From contig CATNEN010000003.1 of the NCBI GenBank assembly GCA_950097015.1, forward strand, positions 3,286,001 to 3,350,000: a stretch of 64,000 bases of DNA. The letters run 5' to 3'. Both the position numbers and the translations under genes were made by a program. Shown one piece after another: positions 28,085 through 40,514 of the stretch (position 1 is the stretch's first letter; each line of letters begins with the position of its first letter). This stretch comes from Macrostomum hystrix (Eukaryota > Animalia > Platyhelminthes). Under the pieces are notes generated by a model. That model did no database searches. It was not told the DNA's origin and saw nothing but the letters and a program-made list of their open reading frames with translations.

Positions 28085-28248
28085 CGGGCGAATTGTAGTC
28101 TAGTGGTTAGAGCATCGCGGACTCATGACTTAAAGGTCGGAGGTTCGATTCCCGACTCCATTGGAATTATTTGTGAGACGCAATAGATGCGGCTGTGCTC
28201 TCGATCCAGCCCTTCTGGACCAGTTGAGGCAGGTGTTATCAATTATTT
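28085..28248 (+). mobile_element. SINE family B, internally deleted copy (tRNA head joined to 3' end)
   Basis: Head TAGTCTAGTGG...GGTTCGATTCCCGACTCCA, then directly the 3' segment GCGGCTGTGCT...GCAGGTGTTATCAATTATT seen in the full copy at 60630-60936. Confidence 0.7.
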
Positions 28249-28265
28249 TTGTTCTTATTATTAAG

Positions 28266-28412
28266 ATGGGTTGCAGCCAAGTGGTTAAAGCATCGAACTC
28301 ACGACTTGAAGGTCGGGGGTTCGATTCCCGACTGCTCTGGAAAAATGTGTCCTTTGGCATGACACTTAACTCTGCATTGATTCAGTTCACCCAGCTGTTA
28401 AACGGGTACCAG
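28266..28412 (+). mobile_element. SINE family B, head plus central domain
   Basis: A/B boxes, then TGTGTCCTTTGGCATGACACTTAAC...TTCAGTTCACCCAGCTGTTAAACGGGTACCAG (CORE-SINE-like central region). Confidence 0.75.
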
Positions 28413-29129
28413 GATCGGCACATCACAGTTAATGTACACTCTCACATGTCACGTGACCTTTTAATTGTCAGACTGTGTACACTCTCACACTGTGCCTTGG
28501 GAGGTTGGCCCTCGAAGGTGCCAATTGCACAACGAGACTTGAAGTTTATGAAAGAAAAGAATTTCCACACGCCGCAGAGGCAGGCTAATAGTACACTCAC
28601 ATTTGGCCGGGCATAGAATGCCAGAATAAAAATGTTCGTATAAGAGCGAATTTATTATAGACAAACCGAATCTAGCTTCCGGTTCGCTTTAACATCCGGA
28701 AATAAGCAATATATGGGTTATTCTCTATGCGAATCTAATGCCACACGAGCTCCCTCTCACTCATTTTCACTCGCTCAACCTCTTTGCCAGATCCCAAGAC
28801 TATATAGGATCCCCTTATTTTTGTGGCTCACCTGAAATCCTCTTCTCTAGCAATAGCAATATGGGAGTGGTCCTATGCTACATAAAAAATATCCCCACAC
28901 GCATTTCCTCCCCCCCCATTCTAACCTGCAGCCACCGCTGCACTAACTCCGCGATGGAGCAGCTGTGTGCAAACAATGACCTGCTCTCCTCCTAGCCTAC
29001 TCGTACCCACTAGCACTTGCAGCGGCCTATTCTCTATCTCACAACCCACTGTCATGCTCGATCTGCCATAAGCTACTCAAGTGAATCCTACTCATATTGT
29101 TTGAGTCTCTCTTTTTCTGCCTTTCAGAT

Positions 29130-29960
29130 GTTTTTGTCTGTCTGACATTCTGTCTGTCATTATGTTTGTCACTCTGTCCGTCATTCTGTTTGTCATTCAG
29201 TGTGTCACTCTGTTTGTCATTCAGTCTGTCACTCTGTTTGTCATTCAGTCTGTCACTCTGTCTGTCATTCTGTCTGTCACTCTGTCTGTCATTCTGTTTG
29301 TCATTCAGTCTGTCACTCTGTTTGTCATTCTGTTTGTCAGTCAGTCTGTCACTTTGTCTGTCATTCTGTCTGTCATTCTGTTTGTCATTCAGTCTGTCAC
29401 TCTGTTTGTCATTCAGTCTGTCACTCTGTTTGTCATTCAGTCTGTCACACAGTTTGTCATTCTGTCTGTCACTCTGTTTGTCATTCTGTTTGTCACTCTG
29501 TCTGTCATTCTGTTTGTCATTCAGTCTGTCACTCAGTTTGTCATTCAGTCTGTCACTCTGTCTGTCACTCTGTCTGTCACTCTGTCTGTCATTCTGTTTG
29601 TCATTCAGTCTGTCACTCAGTTTGTCATTCAGTCTGTCACTCGGTTTGTCATTCAGTCTGTCACTCTGTCTGTCATTCAGTTTTTCATTCTCACAGCCAT
29701 TCTATCTGTCATTCTGTATTCATTCTGTCTGTCACTCATTCTGTCACTCATTCATTCTGTCGTTTTGCCCGTCATTCTGCTTGTCATTCTGTTTGTCATT
29801 CAGTTTGTCATTCTCACAACCAAATCCAAATCCGATTCTGTCTGTCACTCTGTTTGTCATTCTGTCTGTCAATTCGTCTGTCATTCTGTCTGTCATTCTG
29901 TCTGTCCCCTTATCTGTCATTCGATCTGTCATCTTGATATTCTGTCTGACTGTCTCTGTC
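29130..29960. repeat. 12-bp repeat (TCATTCAGTCTG/TCACTCTGTTTG), similar to the reverse complement of 11095-12260
   Basis: Direct reading. Confidence 0.95.
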
Positions 29961-30584
29961 TGTCTAATTTTTATTCTTAAAATATATTTCTAATGGCGTC
30001 TTATGTAGGTTTAAACGCACGTAGTATCCATATCGATTATATCTATAGTCCCAGCTTTTCTGCTTAAATCTTAAATTCTTTTTTACGAAAATAAATAGGA
30101 AAATTAATTTCCGCTTACTCTCAGTAGTGCGAGCGTATCTAAAGCGTTTTTCGGTTTAGAAAAAAACAAAAATCCAAAATAATCCAGAATGAGAAATAAC
30201 AAGCCGGCTAGAGATGTGGGGTTGAGTTCTGGTAGAATTAGCCTGATAAATTCTCTCCCCCATGCTAACTATTCATGGGCGGGATTTTCACTCCTCAACT
30301 CCCCCCCAGTTTCAGCAGCCGGCCAGTGTACTAGCAATTCCCTAACGAGTGTCTGAGTACGTCCGATCCTTCCTATTTCCCGGCATTTATCAAAATGGGA
30401 TGCAGAAGGGAAACTAGTAGGGGGGCTGTCTATCCCCCTTGACAAGCTGTACTGCGCCAGTGCAATAAAGTGGGATTTCGCATTGGGGCGATGGAATAGA
30501 TAGACAGCATATGGACAGGTCGTGGGGATATTTCCTGCCTGTCTATGCCATCTTGATTTCCATTCTGGCCTAATCAAATTCCGC

Positions 30585-30920
30585 TTTTCCTTTATCTTCC
30601 CAATCCAATTCCCCTTGTCCTTTATCTTCCCAATCCAATTCCCCTTGTCCTTTATCTTCCCAATCCAATTCCCCTTGTCCTTTATCTTCCCAATCCAATT
30701 CCCCTTGTCCTTTATCTTCCCTATCCAATTCTATTCCCCTTGTCCTTTATCTTCCCAATCCAATTCTATTCCCCTTGTCCTTTATCTTCCCAATTCAATT
30801 CTCATTGTCTTTTCTCTTCCCAATCCAATTCCCCTTGTCTTTTCTCTTCCCTATCCAATTCTATTCCCCTTGTCCTTTATCTTCCCAATTCAATTCTCAT
30901 TGTCTTTTCTCTTCCCAATC
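30585..30920. repeat. 30-bp minisatellite (TCCTTTATCTTCCCAATCCAATTCCCCTTG)
   Basis: Direct reading. Confidence 0.93.
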
Positions 30921-31157
30921 CAGTATTGCCCGTCCATTCCATTTCCAATTCTCAAGTCTACCAGCGAGTGCCAACAGCAATGTGAAGCAGTTCGTCACTG
31001 GCCAGTCAATATAGCAGCCAATGAGAATGGAGCTTCACCAAAAGTACACAAGTTACGCATAGATACATGGCGACAAAAACCCAGAGCTTGAATCAATCAA
31101 TGCCCGCACAGATTCACTAGCAAACTGCAAGGAAAAGCACTAGAAGTTTTGGGAGCT

Positions 31158-31742
31158 ATGAGTCAGCAGCAGGTTAGACGGAAGTCCTCTTCACCGGGCA
31201 ATCACCATCATCATCAGTCACTGACGGCCCTGCTTGGCGGTCTGATGCCATTTCAGCGATCCGGTAAATCGCACTCGACCTCCTGCGTGACAGCGGCTCA
31301 GTCTCAATCGTCATCCGCGGCTTCTGCGTCTTCGAAACAGCAGCAGCAGCAGGGTCAGCTGCAACTGCCAGCGACTCCGCCAAGAGTCCTGGTGTCATCC
31401 ACCGATGAGGCGGGAGCCCGACAGGCGACGTTTCACTTCCCATCCGGTGTCTGTCAGGACAGCGACTCGGAGGAGGACGAAATCAACGAGGACGATGAAG
31501 AGAACGAGGACGCCGAGGACAATGTCAATGACGACCTGGACGTGGAGCATTGCGACGAAGCTCTCGGAGCCTGCTGCGTCGGCGGTGGCTCAGTCGGCGA
31601 CGGTGGCAGCATGTCAGCGGCCTCCTTAACAGTGTCAGGTGGTCGGAGTAGGACTGGCGGCAGACCCGACATTCAAAGATGCCACTCGGACAGCGGGACT
31701 GAAGCTACACCGGCGCATGCGCTGTTTCTGCGGCACAGGACC
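31158..31742 (+). CDS. RGS gene, N-terminal exon (MSQQQVRRKSSSPGNHHHHQ...acidic tract...ALFLRHRT)
   Basis: ATG at 31158 with CAGCCAATGA at 31015; long GC-rich ORF; donor ACC|GTGAGT at 31743, phase 0. Confidence 0.7.
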
Positions 31743-31755
31743 GTGAGTGAGGATT

Positions 31756-33537
31756 ATGGATTGCTAGCCCCGCCTCCCATTGTATGAAGGAACAGAATGG
31801 ATTGCTAGCCCCGCCTCCCATTGTATGAAGGAACAGAATGGATTGCTAGTCTAGCCTCTCAGTGTATGAAGGAACAGAATGGATTGCTAGTCTAGCCTCT
31901 CAGTGGGTGAAGGAACAGAATGGATTGCTAGTCTAGCCTCTCAGTGTATGAAGGAACAGAATGGATTGCTAGTCTAGCCTCTCAGTGGGTGAAGGAACAG
32001 AATGGATTGCTAGTCTAGCCTCTCAGTGGGTGAAGGAACAGAATGGATTGCTAGCCCCGCCTCCCATTGTATGAAGGAACAGAATGGATTGCTAGCCCCG
32101 CCTCCCATTGTATGAAGGAACAGAATGGATTGCTAGCCCCGCCTCCCATTGTATGAAGGAACAGAATGGATTGCTAGCCCCGCCTCCCATTGTATGAAGG
32201 AACAGAATGGATTGCTAGCCCCGCCTCCCATTGTATGAAGGAACAGAATGGATTGCTAGCCCCGCCTCCCATTGTATGAAGGAACAGAATGGATTGCTAG
32301 TCTAGCCTCTCAGTGTATGAAGGAACAGAATGGATTGCTAGTCTAGCCTCTCAGTGGGTGAAGGAACAGAATGGATTGCTAGTCTAGCCTCTCAGTGGGT
32401 GAAGGAACAGAATGGATTGCTAGCCCCGCCTCCCATTGTATGAAGGAACAGAATGGATTGCTAGCCCCGCCTCCCATTGTATGAAGGAACAGAATGGATT
32501 GCTAGCCCCGCCTCCCATTGTATGAAGGAACAGAATGGATTGCTAGTCTAGCCTCTCAGTGGGTGAAGGAACAGAATGGATTGCTAGTCTAGCCTCTCAG
32601 TGGGTGAAGGAACAGAATGGATTGCTAGTCTAGCCTCTCAGTGGGTGAAGGAACAGAATGGATTGCTAGTCTAGCCTCTCAGTGGGTGAAGGAACAGAAT
32701 GGATTGCTAGTCTAGCCTCTCAGTGGATGATGGAACAGAATGGATTGCTAGTCTAGCCTCTCAGTGGGTGAAGGAACAGAATGGATTGCTAGTCTAGCCT
32801 CTCAGTGGATGAAGGAACAGAATGGATTGCTAGTCTAGCCTCTCAGTGGATGAAGGAACAGAATGGATTGCTAGTCTAGCCTCTCAGTGGGTGAAGGAAC
32901 AGAATGGATTGCTAGTCCAGCCTCTCAGTGGATGAAGGAACAGAATGGATTGCTAGTCTAGCCTCTCAGTGGGTGAAGGAACATAATGGATTGCTATTCT
33001 AGCCTCTCAGTGGGTGAAGGAACAGAATGGATTGCTAGTCTAGCCTCTCAGTGGATAAAGGAAGAGAATGGATTGCTAGTCTAGCCTCTCAGTGGGTGAA
33101 GGAACAGAATGGATTGCTAGTCTAGCCTCTCAGTGGGTGAAGGAACAGAATGGATTGCTATTCTAGCCTCTCAGTGGGTGAAGGAACAGAATGGATTGCT
33201 AGTCCAGCCTCTCAGTGGGTGAAGGAACATAATGGATTGCTAGTCCAGCCTCTCAGTGGATGAAGGAACAGAATGGATTGCTAGTCTAGCCTCTCAGTGG
33301 GTGAAGGAACATAATGGATTGCTAGTCTAGCCTCTCAGTGGATGAAGGAACAGAATGGATTGCTAGTCTAGCCTCTCAGTGGATGAAGGAACAGAATGGA
33401 TTGCTAGTCTAGCCACTCAGTGGGTGAAGGAACAGAATGGATTGCTAGTCTAGCCTCTCAGTGGGTGAAGGAACAGAATGGATTGCTAGTCTAGCCACTC
33501 AGTGGGTGAAGGAACAGAATGGATTGCTAGTCTAGCC
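31756..33537. repeat. 41-bp minisatellite with two unit types, ~43 units
   Basis: ATGGATTGCTAG[CCCCGCCTCCCATTGTAT or TCTAGCCTCTCAGTGGGT]GAAGGAACAGA. Confidence 0.97.
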
Positions 33538-34259
33538 CATAGTCTTAGGCACACAGTTAGTTTGGTTCCAATCATAGCTATCAACAGAGTAAGTTGAGTC
33601 ACATTTTGATGGACAATTTAGGAAAGTAGGCTAGAATTTCAAGTCTATTTTAGTCGAGAAAAATCTCCTAGCAATTGAAATCAGAGCAGTGAAAAACAAG
33701 TCACACATTTTTTGTTGAGGCGGTTATCTGAAGCAGCAAAATTCCATCTTTGAGTACAATCAGTTCTGCAATTTCTTGCTTGGAAGATGATACTTTCCAG
33801 TAAAAAAATATTCAGCAGAAAAAAGTCTATTCTTGTCCGTTCACAGCCACATCCCACTTTTAGCACGTAGATTGCAAAGAAAAATGGTTTTGTTGCAGAA
33901 TTGCACACTTCTAAATTATGCGCATCGGTGCGTGTCTGTTTTTGTAATTTTAATGTCGCATCTCCGCTTCACGCACTTCATTATTCATAAATAGACAGAA
34001 TAATAATTAGAATCTGCATTGAAAGATCGGATGACATTTAAATATTACTTAAGTTGCGAGCACTTGGAGGGCTATAAATATTTTATTAGATATTTTAAAT
34101 CAGACTACATGACTTCTGATTTAAGATAGTAGCCTAATTAACTTTAATTAAATCAGTTTTTGAAATCTTTTTTTCTAGATAATTTCTAGATGTTTTTATA
34201 AATTATATCGAATTCTCATTATATTGCAAGAAAGTCTAAAAAATCACGTACGGCTTAGA

Positions 34260-34460
34260 GAAATTCTCTGGAATCCCTGTGATCTTATAAAAAGTCTCTA
34301 GAATCCCCACTCAATATTTTTAGAAAATCTCTAGAATCCCCATTCTATTTTTAGAAAGTCTCTAGAATCCCCATTCTATTTTTAGAAAGTCTCTAGAATA
34401 GCCATTCTATTTTTAGAAAGTCTCTAGAATCCCCTTGCTATTTATAGAAAGTCTAAGGAA
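34260..34460. repeat. Degenerate ~31-bp repeat (AGAAAGTCTCTAGAATCCCCATTCTATTTTT)
   Basis: Direct reading. Confidence 0.75.
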
Positions 34461-34770
34461 TCCATATGCTATTTTTAGACTTACAGACTTAGAAGCACAT
34501 ATTATTCTTTTCTCTGTGGCATCTACTATTTGTAATAATAATATAAATTTCTGGGGAATCCTTTTTGTTGTACTTTAATAGCAGTTTTAAGTATAAATTA
34601 TAAAGCGTCAGTGACATTATCCGGAAAATAGGTCTGAATAATGAATACAAACTCGCAGTTAAAGTAGAGATGAAAGCCTGCTTGCAATTATTAGACTAAC
34701 TAAACTAATTACAATTAGCAATCTTTTAACTTGTCTTCTTCTTTGAAAAAAACGAGAACAGAAATCTCAG

Positions 34771-34994
34771 AAAACTCAAGACGATGGCGACATTGGCGGG
34801 GTGTACGACGGCGACGATCCGGCCTGTCAGCATCAGCAGCGGCGTCAGCAGCAGCAGCAGCAGCAGCAACAGCATCAGCATCAGCACAATCAGCAGCATC
34901 ATCTGCATCAGCATCAGCATCAGCATCATCGGATTCGCCTGGGGTTCGGCGGCAGAAGCGCAGAGCAGAAGGACAAGCCAAAGAAGAAGAGTCT
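34771..34994 (+). CDS. RGS gene internal exon (KTQDDGDIGGVYDGDDPACQHQQRRQ...HQHH...KDKPKKKS)
   Basis: Acceptor TCTCAG|AAA in phase 0 (alternative in-phase AG ending at 34761). Donor CT|GTAAGG is phase 2 and matches the phase-2 acceptor at 37976, giving KKKSLGDKFSFL. Confidence 0.65.
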
Positions 34995-35062
34995 GTAAGG
35001 CATTGCTTCTTCTCTCCGATTGAATTCTGGCTTTCATTAGCGAGACCAAACACTTGGCCTGG

Positions 35063-36666
35063 AGGTGTCAGTAGATAGATTGTAGGTGTCAGTAGATAGA
35101 TTGTAGGTGTCAGTAGATAGATTATAAGTGCCAGTAGATAGATTATAGGTGTCAGTAGATAGATTGTAGGTGTCAGTAGATAGATTATAGGTGTCAGTAG
35201 ATAGATTGTAGGTGTCAGTAGATAGATTCTAGGTGTCAGTAGATAGATTCTAGGTGTCAGTAGATAGATTGTAGGTGTCAGTAGATAGATTGTAGGTGTC
35301 AGTAGATAGATTCTAGGTGTCAGTAGATAGATTGTAGGTGTCAGTAGATAGATTGTAAGTGTCAGTAGATAGATTGTAGGTGTCAGTAGATAGATTCTAG
35401 GTGTCAGTAGATAGATTGTAGGTGTCAGTAGATAGATTGTAGGTGTCAGTAGATAGATTGTAAGTGTCAGTAGATAGATTGTAGGTGTCAGTAGATAGAT
35501 TGTAGGTGTCAGTAGATAGATTCTAGGTGTCAGTAGATAGATTGTAGGTGTCAGTAGATAGATTGTAAGTGTCATTAGATAGATTGTAGGTGTCAGTAGA
35601 TAGATTCTAGGTGTCAGTAGATAGATTGTAGGTGTCAGTAGATAGATTGTAGGTGTCAGTAGATAGATTGTAAGTGTCATTAGATAGATTGTAGGTGTCA
35701 GTAGATAGATTGTAAGTGTCAGTAGATAGATTATAAGTGTCAGTAGATAGATTGTAGGTGTCAGTAGATAGATTATAGGTGTCAGTAGATAGATTGTAGG
35801 TGTCAGTAGATAGATTATAAGTGTCAGTAGATAGATTATAGGTGTCAGTATATAGATTCTAGGTGTCAGTAGATAGATTGTAGGTGTCAGTAGATAGATT
35901 GTAGGTGTCAGTAGATAGATTATAAGTGTCAGTAGATAGATTATAAGTGTCAGTAGATAGATTATAAGTGTCAGTAGATAGATTGTAGGTGTCAGTAGAT
36001 AGATTGTAAGTGTCAGTAGATAGATTGTAGGTGTCAGTAGATAGATTGTAGGTGTCAGTAGATAGATTGTAGGTGTCAGTAGATAGATTGTAAGTGTCAG
36101 TAGATAGATTGTAGGTGTCAGTAGATAGATTGTAAGTGTCAGTAGATAGATTGTAGGTGTCAGTAGATAGATTGTAAGTGTCAGTGGATAGATTGTAAGT
36201 TTCAGTAGATAGATTGTAGGTGTCAGTAGATAGATTGTAAGTGTCAGTAGATAGATTGTAGGTGTCAGTAGATAGATTGTAGGTGTCAGTAGATAGATTG
36301 TAGGTGTCAGTAGATAGATTGTAGGTGTCAGTAGATAGATTGTAAGTGTCAGTAGATAGATTGTAGGTGTCAGTAGATAGATTATTAGTGTCAGTAGATT
36401 GATTATAAGTGTCAGTAGATAGATTATAAGTGTCAGTAGATAGATTATAAGTGTCAGTAGATAGATTGTAGGTGTCAGTAGATAGATTGTAAGTGTCATT
36501 AGATAGATTGTAGGTGTCAGTAGATAGATTGTAAGTGTCAGTAGATAGATTGTAGGTGTCAGTAGATAGATTATAAGTGTCAGTAGATAGATTGTAGGTG
36601 TCAGTAGATAGATTGTAGGTGTCAGTAGATAGATTGTAGGTGTCAGTAGATAGATTATAAGTGTCA
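35063..36666. repeat. 21-bp minisatellite (AGGTGTCAGTAGATAGATTGT), ~76 units
   Basis: Direct reading. Confidence 0.97.
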
Positions 36667-37975
36667 AAAGCCCTGAGTGTCTGCAGCGAAGTTGTGAATG
36701 ATGGTAGAAGTCATTCTATTTCCATTAAAGATTATGTTATCGCAAGTCATGTCCAAGTCGTTTTATAGTGGGAAAAGAAAGCGAGACACACACAGTAAGA
36801 AGTAGTCCAAGAGAATTGCCGATGAAAATCGATTCGTCTATCCGTCTATTTGATTGGTTAGCGGAGCTTCAAACATCCGTCGAATTTGTCGATTCGAGGA
36901 ACAGTTGAAGAGCAAGAAAATTTTATTTCCAACATGGCCAAGGCTGGCTGCTTGTCGAGAATTTTGGGGATTTCGGAGAAAAGGGGGAAGAGGGAGAGAG
37001 ATGGTAGATAGACTGGGGGGAGACTGGGAAAAGAGGATGTCATTAAGATGTAATAGGAGGGAGCGAGGAAGAGAGGGAGAGAGAGAGTGGAGGGATGAAG
37101 CTTCACTCTCTACGCATCGTCTTCTTGGTTCATTGGGTCTGGCTTCCCCATTTTACAGTGCTCGGCTCCCAGTCCATATACTTCTCTATAGGCTTCCACA
37201 GGCCTCTCTAACCCATTTGAGAAATCTAGCGGTTCCGTTAGCATAGGAAATATCCTTCCATGGTTAAATATAAATCTGCCCCCACTATACTGGATGGCCT
37301 AATGCAATTTTTGCCGCAGCCAAGCAACTGGCCAACCGCGCTAGATATATTTAGAAGACCGAAGTAAGATACCAAATGTATTTGATATCAGAGATCTAAT
37401 ACTCTCTATCTAGTGTGATCATAAGCCTGCAATTAAACATTTATTTCTGGTTGCATTGTTTGCAACAGTCATTAAATTTTTGTATTAAAAAAATCATTTT
37501 TGAGAGCTATCATGTTGTCCTTTAAAACCATTATCTAATAACACAATACAAAAAAATACAATGAGAGTACGAAAATGAAAATATATCCTTCGATGAGGAG
37601 TATAGAAAAAATATATGTAGCTAAGTTTTGGCTACCTGCAGTAGTAAACACTCATAACAATGAATAAAACACGTCGACCTTCAATAGAATAGAAAAACTT
37701 ATATAAATACGACGCTGTACTATCCTGAATAGAGAAAATCTATAAATAGAAACATAGCGACATAAAACACTGTACGTACATTCCGGGAAAGAGAAAATCT
37801 ATAAATAGAAACATAGCGACATAACAGGCTGTACATTCCGGGAAAGAGAAAATCTATAAATAGAAATTACGTACTTGCATGTCATAAAACTATTTAAATA
37901 TAAAGCCTTCCAAATCTAAAAATAGTGACAGTGTACACCATTAGAGCTATTCGTATCAATCGACTTCGATTTCAG

Positions 37976-38109
37976 CGGCGACAAGTTCAGCTTTCTATCG
38001 CGAAAGTCGGTCGACACGCAGTCGACAGACAAAGCCTCGGGAATAAAGCCGAGCGGCGATCAAGTCCAGCGATGGGGCGCGTCATTTGACAGCCTGCTAA
38101 ATGACAAGT
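37976..38109 (+). CDS. RGS gene exon, start of RGS domain ([10 protein letters not shown]...[21 protein letters not shown])
   Basis: TTTCAG| acceptor and T|GTGAGT donor; P..V..W..SF..LL is the canonical start of the RGS box. Absent from the ORF track. Confidence 0.92.
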
Positions 38110-38188
38110 GTGAGTGTGATCTGTGAGATCTCTAAAGCTCTTTATTTACCTAATTTATTCCTCTGGCATTACCGCCCCCGCATTTCAG

Positions 38189-38355
38189 ACGGCTTGGCTC
38201 TATTTCGCGCCTTCCTAAAAACCGAATACTCGGACGAGAATATCGAGTTCTGGATCGCCTGCGAGGAGTACCGCACCTTGACTGGACCAAAGAAGCAGAC
38301 ACTGAAGGCGCAGAAAATCTACAATGAGTTTGTGGCGTTTCAGGCACCCAGAGAG
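38189..38355 (+). CDS. RGS gene exon ([28 protein letters not shown]...[16 protein letters not shown])
   Basis: Hallmark RGS motif FLK.EYS.ENIEFW.ACE.Y; 79-bp GT-AG intron upstream; donor GAG|GTAAGG. Confidence 0.96.
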
Positions 38356-38417
38356 GTAAGGCTGCCCTACCTCAGAGACTTAACGTGCATTACTGCAGGT
38401 ACCTGTCGATTTCAGCT

Positions 38418-39020
38418 CCTCTGTCTCATCTCTCCCCTGTCTTATCTCTCCCCTGTCTTATCTCTCCCCTGTTTTATCTCTCCCTTGTCTTATCTCTCCC
38501 CTGTCTCATCTCTCCCCTGTCTCATCTCTCCTCTGTCTTATCTCTCCCCTGTCTTATCACTCCCCTGTCTTATCTCTCCCCTGTTTTATCTCTCCCCTGT
38601 CTTATCTCTCCCCTGTTTTATCTCTCCCCTGTCTTATCTCTCCCCTGTCTTATCTCTCCCCTGTCTTATCTCTCCCCTGTCTTATCTCTCCCCTGTTTTA
38701 TCTCTCCCCTGTCTTATCTCTACTCTGTTTTATCTCTCCCCTGTCTTATCTCTCCCCAGTCTTATCTCTCCCCTGTCTTATCTCTCCACTGTCTCATCTC
38801 TCCCCTGTTTTATCTCTCCCCTGTTTTATCTCTCTCCTGTCTTATCTCTACTCTGTTTTATCTCTCCCCTGTCTTATCTCTCCCGTCTTATCTCTCCCCT
38901 GTTTTATCTCTCCCCTGTCTCATCTCTCCCCTGTCTCATCTCTCCCCTGTCTTATCTCTCCCGTGTCTCATCTCTCCCCTGTATTTTTCTCTCCCCTGTC
39001 TCATCTCCACAATGTCTCAT
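38418..39020. repeat. 16-bp minisatellite (TCTCCCCTGTCTTATC)
   Basis: Direct reading. Confidence 0.95.
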
Positions 39021-39382
39021 CTCTTCCTAGTTTGATGTCAAACATCTCCAGTTTTCATCAGACTCTAAGTAGTGTGTTCTGAGTAGTGAATTCTGTTTAA
39101 GGATTCCTAATTAGTTCATTTTCAGGGCAGGAGAAATTGCTCATAAGAAGGACACACAGACCCGGCATAGACGTCATCCGCCATTTCGCAGTGCACCCAT
39201 TCTCCCAAGAGACTTGTAGTCTCGAATCAGACTTGGCCTTTGAAAAAGCTTACTGCGCTTTTGCATAGCTAGGGATCCTGTCGGTAGATACAGCAGGAAA
39301 TAAAAAGGCTCGGCATATGTCTTTTGCTGCAGCAAGCAGGTCTAACAATAGTTTGACAAAAACGGAAATGACGAATAGAAAT

Positions 39383-39968
39383 CAATCACTCACTCACTCA
39401 CTCACTCACTCACTAACTCACTAACTCACTTACTCACTCACTCACTCACTAACTCACTCACTCACTAACTCACTCACTCACTCACTCACTCACTTACTCA
39501 CTCACTCACTCACTAACTCACTCACTCACTCACTCACTCACTCACTCACTAACTCACTCACTCACTCACTCACTTACTCACTCACTCACTAACTCACTCA
39601 CTCACTCACTCACTCACTCACTCACTCACTCACTCACTCACTCACCCACTAACTCACTCACTCACTCACTCACTCACTCACTAACTCACTCACTCACTCA
39701 CTCACTCACTCACTAACTCACTCACTCACTCACTCACTCACTCACTCACTCACTCACTCACTCACTCACTAACTCACTCACTCACTCACTCAATCACTCA
39801 CTCACTCACTCACTAACTCACTCACTCACTCACTCACTCACTCACTAACTCACTCACTCACTCACTCAATCACTCACTCACTCACTCACTAACTCACTCA
39901 CTCACTCACTCACTCACTCACTCACTCACTCACTCACTCACTCACTCACTCACTAACTCACTCACTCA
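39383..39968. repeat. (CACT)n microsatellite
   Basis: Direct reading. Confidence 0.97.
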
Positions 39969-40514
39969 CAGGCAAGTAGGCATTCGAGAGGGGGCTAATT
40001 CCTAATTTTTCTATCAACGGCCAGCGACTAGGCTTCGTATCATGCGAATTCCATCTCAGTACTGGTTTATAGGGAAGACTATTTTCTTCATCAGCTCAAA
40101 AGTCCTCTGCTCATCTCTTCCCCCTCTTCTTCTTCTTCTTCTTCTTGCTCTCTTTCTCTCTCTCCAGATATCGATTTTTCATCACTAAACAAACGAGCGA
40201 AAAAATCTTGAGAGGGAGCGAGAGGGCAGGATTTTGGGATATCGGCCAGAGGGGGTAGAAAATAACGAAGGCTGGCACTTCTGTTTGACTGACTCCACTT
40301 TGAGAGAGATTTTGCGGCAAATAAGAAATCAGAGAGGGGCTTACTAAAGCAGAACTTTTCTAGCACTTCCTGGGGCATTACTGAGACCGACTTTGTGGCT
40401 TCAATAAAAATAGCTCAACTTTACGTATGGCTAGGTCTCACTGCGAGTCAAATTGACGGAATTTTTCCTGTTCGTTAATTCGATTTTCAACATCTCCTTA
40501 AAGTATGTCACTTT

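Noticed and set aside
28085-28160. Possible genuine tRNA gene
   Set aside because: No convincing acceptor stem, and it continues into SINE-B 3' sequence, so it is a SINE head.
34715-36667. 650-aa minus-strand ORF (LTPTIYL)n
   Set aside because: 21-bp repeat translation plus the antisense of the RGS exon.
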